A DNA stretch of 64,000 nt, taken from positions 512,001 to 576,000 of the forward strand of contig OZ271854.1 in the NCBI GenBank assembly GCA_965601925.1, read 5' to 3'. Shown in pieces: positions 59,784 to 64,000 of this stretch; the stretch's first letter is position 1; every line of letters starts with the position of its first letter. This DNA is from Alkalispirochaeta sp. (GTDB taxonomy: Bacteria > Spirochaetota > Spirochaetia > DSM-27196 > Alkalispirochaetaceae). The position numbers and the translations under genes are program-made. Below the pieces are notes generated by a model. That model did not search any database. It was given only the letters and a program-made list of their open reading frames with translations, and was not told where the DNA came from.

Positions 59784-60737
59784 ATGAGAAGATTCGTTTC
59801 ACTTTTCGTGAGTCTATTGCTCCTCGGCGGCGTGCTTTTTGCGGCGGGCCAAGGGGAGGACGACGATACGCTCCAGGTAGCCGCGACCTTCGGCGACCTC
59901 GGAAACCCGTTCTTTTTCACCATGGGTCGGGGCGTCGAGGATGCCGCTCGCGCCATCGATCCCGATGCGCGTATAACGGTGGTCTCCTCGGGTTACGACC
60001 TCAATACGCAAACCGGTCAAATGGATACGTTCATTAGCGCCGGAGTAGACATCATCGTCCTTAATGCGGCCGACACCGCCGGTATTGCACCTGCGGTCCG
60101 ACGCGCCAAGGAGGCGGGTATCGTCGTGGTAGCCGCAGACGTAAACGCCGACGGTGGAGTCGACGCGACGGTGACGTCCAACAACTACCAAGCGGGCACG
60201 CAGGCCGGCGAGTACATCGTCGAGCGCCTGGGCGGCCAAGGTAACGTCGTGATCATCAACGGCCCACCCGTCTCGGCGGTCATCGACCGTGTCGCCGGGG
60301 CGCAGGACGTCTTTGCCCGGCATCCCGGTATTACGGTCCTCTCCGATAACCAGAATGCCGGCGGCAACCGCGAGGGCGGGTTGCGAGTCATGACCGACCT
60401 ACTCACCGCCTTCGACGAGATCGATGCGGTATTCGCGATCAACGATCCGACCGGCATCGGTGCCGATCTGGCGATTCAGCAGGCGCAGCGCTCCGGCGAA
60501 ATGTTCATCGTCGGCGTCGACGGAGCTCCCGACGCGGTCGTGGCGCTCAACCAGGAGGGGAGCGATTTCGTTGCCACTCCTTCGCAGGACCCGTACGAGA
60601 TGGCGCGTCGCGCCGTTGAGATCGGACACGAGATCATGCAGGGGGGAGAACTCGCCGAGGACCTCATCCTGATTCCCACGGCCCTCATCACCCGCGACAA
60701 CGTCGACGAGTACGACGGCTGGACACAGCCCGAATAG
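59784..60737 (+). CDS. Monosaccharide/polyol ABC substrate-binding protein (RbsB-like)
   Basis: RBS AAGGAGG; FAAGQGE signal; NPFF, FAIND, GVDG, QDP. Confidence 0.93.
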   Translation: MRRFVSLFVSLLLLGGVLFAAGQGEDDDTLQVAATFGDLGNPFFFTMGRGVEDAARAIDPDARITVVSSGYDLNTQTGQMDTFISAGVDIIVLNAADTAGIAPAVRRAKEAGIVVVAADVNADGGVDATVTSNNYQAGTQAGEYIVERLGGQGNVVIINGPPVSAVIDRVAGAQDVFARHPGITVLSDNQNAGGNREGGLRVMTDLLTAFDEIDAVFAINDPTGIGADLAIQQAQRSGEMFIVGVDGAPDAVVALNQEGSDFVATPSQDPYEMARRAVEIGHEIMQGGELAEDLILIPTALITRDNVDEYDGWTQPE

Positions 60738-60768
60738 TCCAACGGAGATTAATTCGGTAGAATATCGA

Positions 60769-60791
60769 GAAGGGCCCCGACGGGGCCCTTC
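60769..60791. other. Intergenic stem-loop after the binding-protein gene
   Basis: GAAGGGCCCC-GAC-GGGGCCCTTC. Confidence 0.7.
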
Positions 60792-60815
60792 GTCTTGTGA
60801 GGGAGATCGATTCAT

Positions 60816-62345
60816 ATGAGCGAACACGGCGGCGCACCGTTCCTTACCGTACGAAATGTCAGTAAGCGTTTTCCCGGCGTACAGGCGTTGGCGGGCGTCT
60901 CCCTCGACATCCACGCCGGCGAAGTACACGTCGTGATGGGAGAGAACGGAGCGGGCAAAAGCACCCTCATGAAAATACTCGCCGGCGTCTACCGCGCCGA
61001 TGAGGGCGAGGTACGGATCGACGGAGAGCTCGTGGCGCCGGAAAATCCACTCCAGGCGATGGCGCTCGGTGTCAATCTCATCAATCAGGAGCTCGGCGTC
61101 GCCACCAATCTTACCGTTACCGAAAACGTCTTCATGGGGAGTGAGATTCACCGCTGGGGTGTGTTGGACCGACGTCGAATGGCCGAGAGGACGCAGGGGG
61201 TGCTCGAAACCCTCGGCGCCCCCTTTGCCCCCCACGCGCGCGCATCCACGCTTAAAGTCGCCGAGCAACAGCAGGTCGATATCGCTCGCGCCCTGGTGCA
61301 CAACGGACGCGTGTTGATCATGGACGAGCCGACCGCCGCGCTGAGTGAGCGCGAAATCGACAAGTTGTTCGATCTGATTCGCTCGCTGCGTGAGTCCGGT
61401 CTCGCGATCGTCTATATCAGCCATCGTTTGGCGGAGGTCTCGGTCATCGCCGACCGCGTCTCGGTGCTCCGCGACGGTCAGTATATCGGGACGCTCGAGG
61501 GTGAACAGATAGACAACGAGCGGATCGTGCGCATGATGGTCGGGCGCCCCCTCAAAGACTTCTACGAACACGAGGTCGCCGAGACAAAACGCGACAATTA
61601 CCTCGTGGTAAAGGGCATATCCGACGGGAAGCGCGTGAAGGAGACCTCGTTTCAGGCCGCATCGGGAGAAATTCTGGCGATCGCCGGACTGGTCGGATCG
61701 GGACGGACCGAGCTTGCGCGCCTCATCTTCGGTGCCGACAAAGCGGTAGGCGGCGAGGTATGGGTAGACGGGAGACGGCTCGATATACGCTCGCCCCACG
61801 ATGCGATTCGCCACGGCGTAGGGTACGTCCCGGAGGACCGCAAGGTCGAAGGGCTCTTTCTCGGCATGACCAGCCAGGAAAACATCGTCATGAACGTCAT
61901 GGAGCGCAACGCGCACTTCGGTGTTCTCGACCGCTCACAGAACGACGCCATTACGGCGCGCGCGATCGAACGCCTCAATATCAAAGTCGCGCGGCCGCGC
62001 ACGCCCGCGATGTCGCTGTCCGGCGGCAACCAACAGAAACTGCTTCTCGCGCGCTGGCTCGAGATTCAACCCGACGTCTTGATTCTCGACGAGCCGACGC
62101 GCGGGGTCGATGTCGGCGCCAAGAGCGAGATCTACAAGCTCATCGGCGACATCGCGCGCCACGGCGTCGCGGTCATTTTCATTTCCAGCGAGCTTCCCGA
62201 GGTCGTCGGCCTCGCGCAACGGGTACTCGTCATGCGCGAGGGGCGCATTACGACCGATATCACCGACAAAGCGAACATCAATCAAGAGACGATCATGGCC
62301 TATGCGACCGGTGTACGTGAGCCGGATTACTCGTATACGGCGTGA
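60816..62345 (+). CDS. Monosaccharide ABC ATPase (RbsA/MglA-like, two NBDs)
   Basis: GENGAGKS, MDEPTAAL, GLVGSGRTE, LSGGNQQK, LDEPTRGVDVGAK. Confidence 0.96.
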   Translation: MSEHGGAPFLTVRNVSKRFPGVQALAGVSLDIHAGEVHVVMGENGAGKSTLMKILAGVYRADEGEVRIDGELVAPENPLQAMALGVNLINQELGVATNLTVTENVFMGSEIHRWGVLDRRRMAERTQGVLETLGAPFAPHARASTLKVAEQQQVDIARALVHNGRVLIMDEPTAALSEREIDKLFDLIRSLRESGLAIVYISHRLAEVSVIADRVSVLRDGQYIGTLEGEQIDNERIVRMMVGRPLKDFYEHEVAETKRDNYLVVKGISDGKRVKETSFQAASGEILAIAGLVGSGRTELARLIFGADKAVGGEVWVDGRRLDIRSPHDAIRHGVGYVPEDRKVEGLFLGMTSQENIVMNVMERNAHFGVLDRSQNDAITARAIERLNIKVARPRTPAMSLSGGNQQKLLLARWLEIQPDVLILDEPTRGVDVGAKSEIYKLIGDIARHGVAVIFISSELPEVVGLAQRVLVMREGRITTDITDKANINQETIMAYATGVREPDYSYTA

Positions 62346-62375
62346 TCGATTGCGATACCGGAGGAGAGACCATCG

Positions 62376-63344
62376 ATGAGTTCCAAACCTGCGCTACTCA
62401 AACGGCACGACTCGGCGATCTGGGAGAGCATCGGGATTCTCCCGATACTGGTGATCATCGTCGCGCTGTTTGCAATACTCAACGGAAACTTTCTGCGGGC
62501 GAACAATCTCCTAAACATTCTCAGGCAAGCGTCGATTAACATCGTGTTGGCGGCGGGAATGACGTTGGTGATTCTCACCGGCCGGATCGATCTATCGGTG
62601 GGATCGATTCTCGCGACGACGGCGGTCGTCGGGCTTCTGGTATCGCTCAATCCGGCGTTGCAGGGCTTCACGATTATCATTCCACTTCTGACGGGACTCC
62701 TCCTCGGCGTGATCAACGGCGTCCTCATCGCCTACGTAAAACTACCCTTCTTCATCGTCGTCCTCGGTAGCATGACCGCGTTGCGGGGTGCGTCGTATCT
62801 GCTCGCAAACGGCACGACGCTGATCAACAACGATCTCAACTTTGCATGGATCGGAAACGCCGGATTGGGGCAACTGCCGTGGTTGGTCATCATCGCCCTC
62901 GCCGTTGTCGGGATCGTATGGTTCGTGCTGCGCAAGACGGTGCTCGGGGTGCACATCTACGCGGTGGGCGGCAACGCGCAGGCGGCGCGCCTCACCGGTA
63001 TCGACGTGGGCTTCGTGATCGTCTTCGTCTATGCGATGAGCGGACTCCTATCGGGCCTCGCGGGTGTCATGACCGCAAGCCGCCTCTACTCAGCATCGGG
63101 ACTGCTGGGAAACGGGAACGAGCTCGACGCGATCGCATCGGTCATTCTCGGCGGCACGAGCATCCTCGGCGGGAGCGGAAGCGTCGTGGGAACGCTGGTA
63201 GGAGCGCTCATCATCGCCGTCCTCAACAACGGCCTGACGCTGATGAACGTATCGTTTTTTTGGCAGTTGGTAGTGCGCGGCGTGGTCATCGTCTTGGCGG
63301 TGCTGATCGAACGGTTCCGCCACCGCCTCACGCGCATAGCGTGA
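62376..63344 (+). CDS. Monosaccharide ABC permease (RbsC-like)
   Basis: GRIDLSVGS, YAVGGN..AARLTGI, ELDAIASVILGGTS. Confidence 0.95.
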   Translation: MSSKPALLKRHDSAIWESIGILPILVIIVALFAILNGNFLRANNLLNILRQASINIVLAAGMTLVILTGRIDLSVGSILATTAVVGLLVSLNPALQGFTIIIPLLTGLLLGVINGVLIAYVKLPFFIVVLGSMTALRGASYLLANGTTLINNDLNFAWIGNAGLGQLPWLVIIALAVVGIVWFVLRKTVLGVHIYAVGGNAQAARLTGIDVGFVIVFVYAMSGLLSGLAGVMTASRLYSASGLLGNGNELDAIASVILGGTSILGGSGSVVGTLVGALIIAVLNNGLTLMNVSFFWQLVVRGVVIVLAVLIERFRHRLTRIA

Positions 63345-63383
63345 GACGCCGACGACCCGGGATCGCCGGCGTCGCGCGTGCCG

Positions 63384-63695
63384 TTAGGTAAACTTGACCG
63401 CCGTACCGTATACCATGACTTCCGCCGCGCCCTGCAGAATGGAGCTTGTTGCGTAGCGTACGTTGATGACCGCGTCCGCTCCCTCCCGTTGGGCCTCCTC
63501 GACCATGCGTTGCGTCGCCGTCGCGCGCGCTTCGTTGATCATATCGGAATACGCGCGTAGCTCGCCGCCGATGATCGTCTTGAGGCCGCTCATGATGTCG
63601 CGCCCGATATGCTTGGACTGAATCATGGAGCCCTTGACCAGCCCTATCGTCTCCAACGTCTTACCGCTGACAAAATCGGTATTCACAAGAATCAT
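63384..63695 (-). CDS. YbjQ/UPF0145-family protein
   Basis: GRDIMSGLKTIIGGELRAY, GADAVINVR, YGTAV; RBS GGAGG. Confidence 0.92.
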   Translation of the reverse strand: MILVNTDFVSGKTLETIGLVKGSMIQSKHIGRDIMSGLKTIIGGELRAYSDMINEARATATQRMVEEAQREGADAVINVRYATSSILQGAAEVMVYGTAVKFT

Positions 63696-64000
63696 GCAAG
63701 CCCCTCCGTTAAATGGCCGTACGAGACGTCGTGCGGCCGTCGTCTCGCTACAAATACGGCTGCAGTCTATCGCCCTGCCGCCGGTTCGACAATCGTACCG
63801 CCGAACTACGCCGATCGCACCGTTGAGGTCGCCGGTGCCGGGCGCATGCGACGGGTAAATCGTGCTACGCTGTCGGTATGAAAGGCCGCCTATCGCCGGT
63901 GGTAACCGGATCTTTGTCGGTGTTGCTATGCGTCTCGGCGTTGGTATTCGTCCAACCGGCCGGAGCCGGACAACCGGCGTTCGACGCAAACACGATTCCC

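Noticed and set aside
63696..64000. N-terminal extension of the YbjQ ORF (track start 63989)
   Set aside because: The RBS and family length support ATG 63695; the upstream part does not look like protein.

Overview
GC-rich bacterial chromosomal window, most likely a free-living Spirochaetia member (inferred from 'FGGGQEE'/'FAAGQGE' signal peptides on sugar-binding proteins and an Hsp70-like/LysM membrane protein). I found no rRNA, tRNA, CRISPR array or intact mobile element. Contents in order: (1) a GntR-regulated GH172 + sugar ABC operon. (2) An ~11.5 kb cell-surface region with two membrane-embedded one-component LuxR regulators, three lipoproteins sharing a C-P-N-P-x-G-G-G N-terminus but carrying different adhesin-like domains, two outer-membrane beta-barrels, gene relics and a 45-bp hairpin tandem repeat. 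(3) A TetR-controlled short-chain acyl-CoA cluster (CoA transferase, GntP permease, SDR, SCP2-type thiolase, MaoC, Bcd-EtfAB). (4) Signalling genes, a MATE transporter and an RND pump fused to a TolC-like domain. (5) A D-/L-alanine and D-serine cluster. (6) Chemoreceptors, an SfsA-DUF123 fusion and a second sugar ABC operon. The best candidate for an undescribed system is the membrane-LuxR/surface-lipoprotein/beta-barrel region, including a (A/C)TCATAC-N4-GTATGA(G/T)-like box found exactly 27 nt upstream of a -10-like hexamer at three promoters. All family assignments come from motif recognition by eye; no database searches were run.
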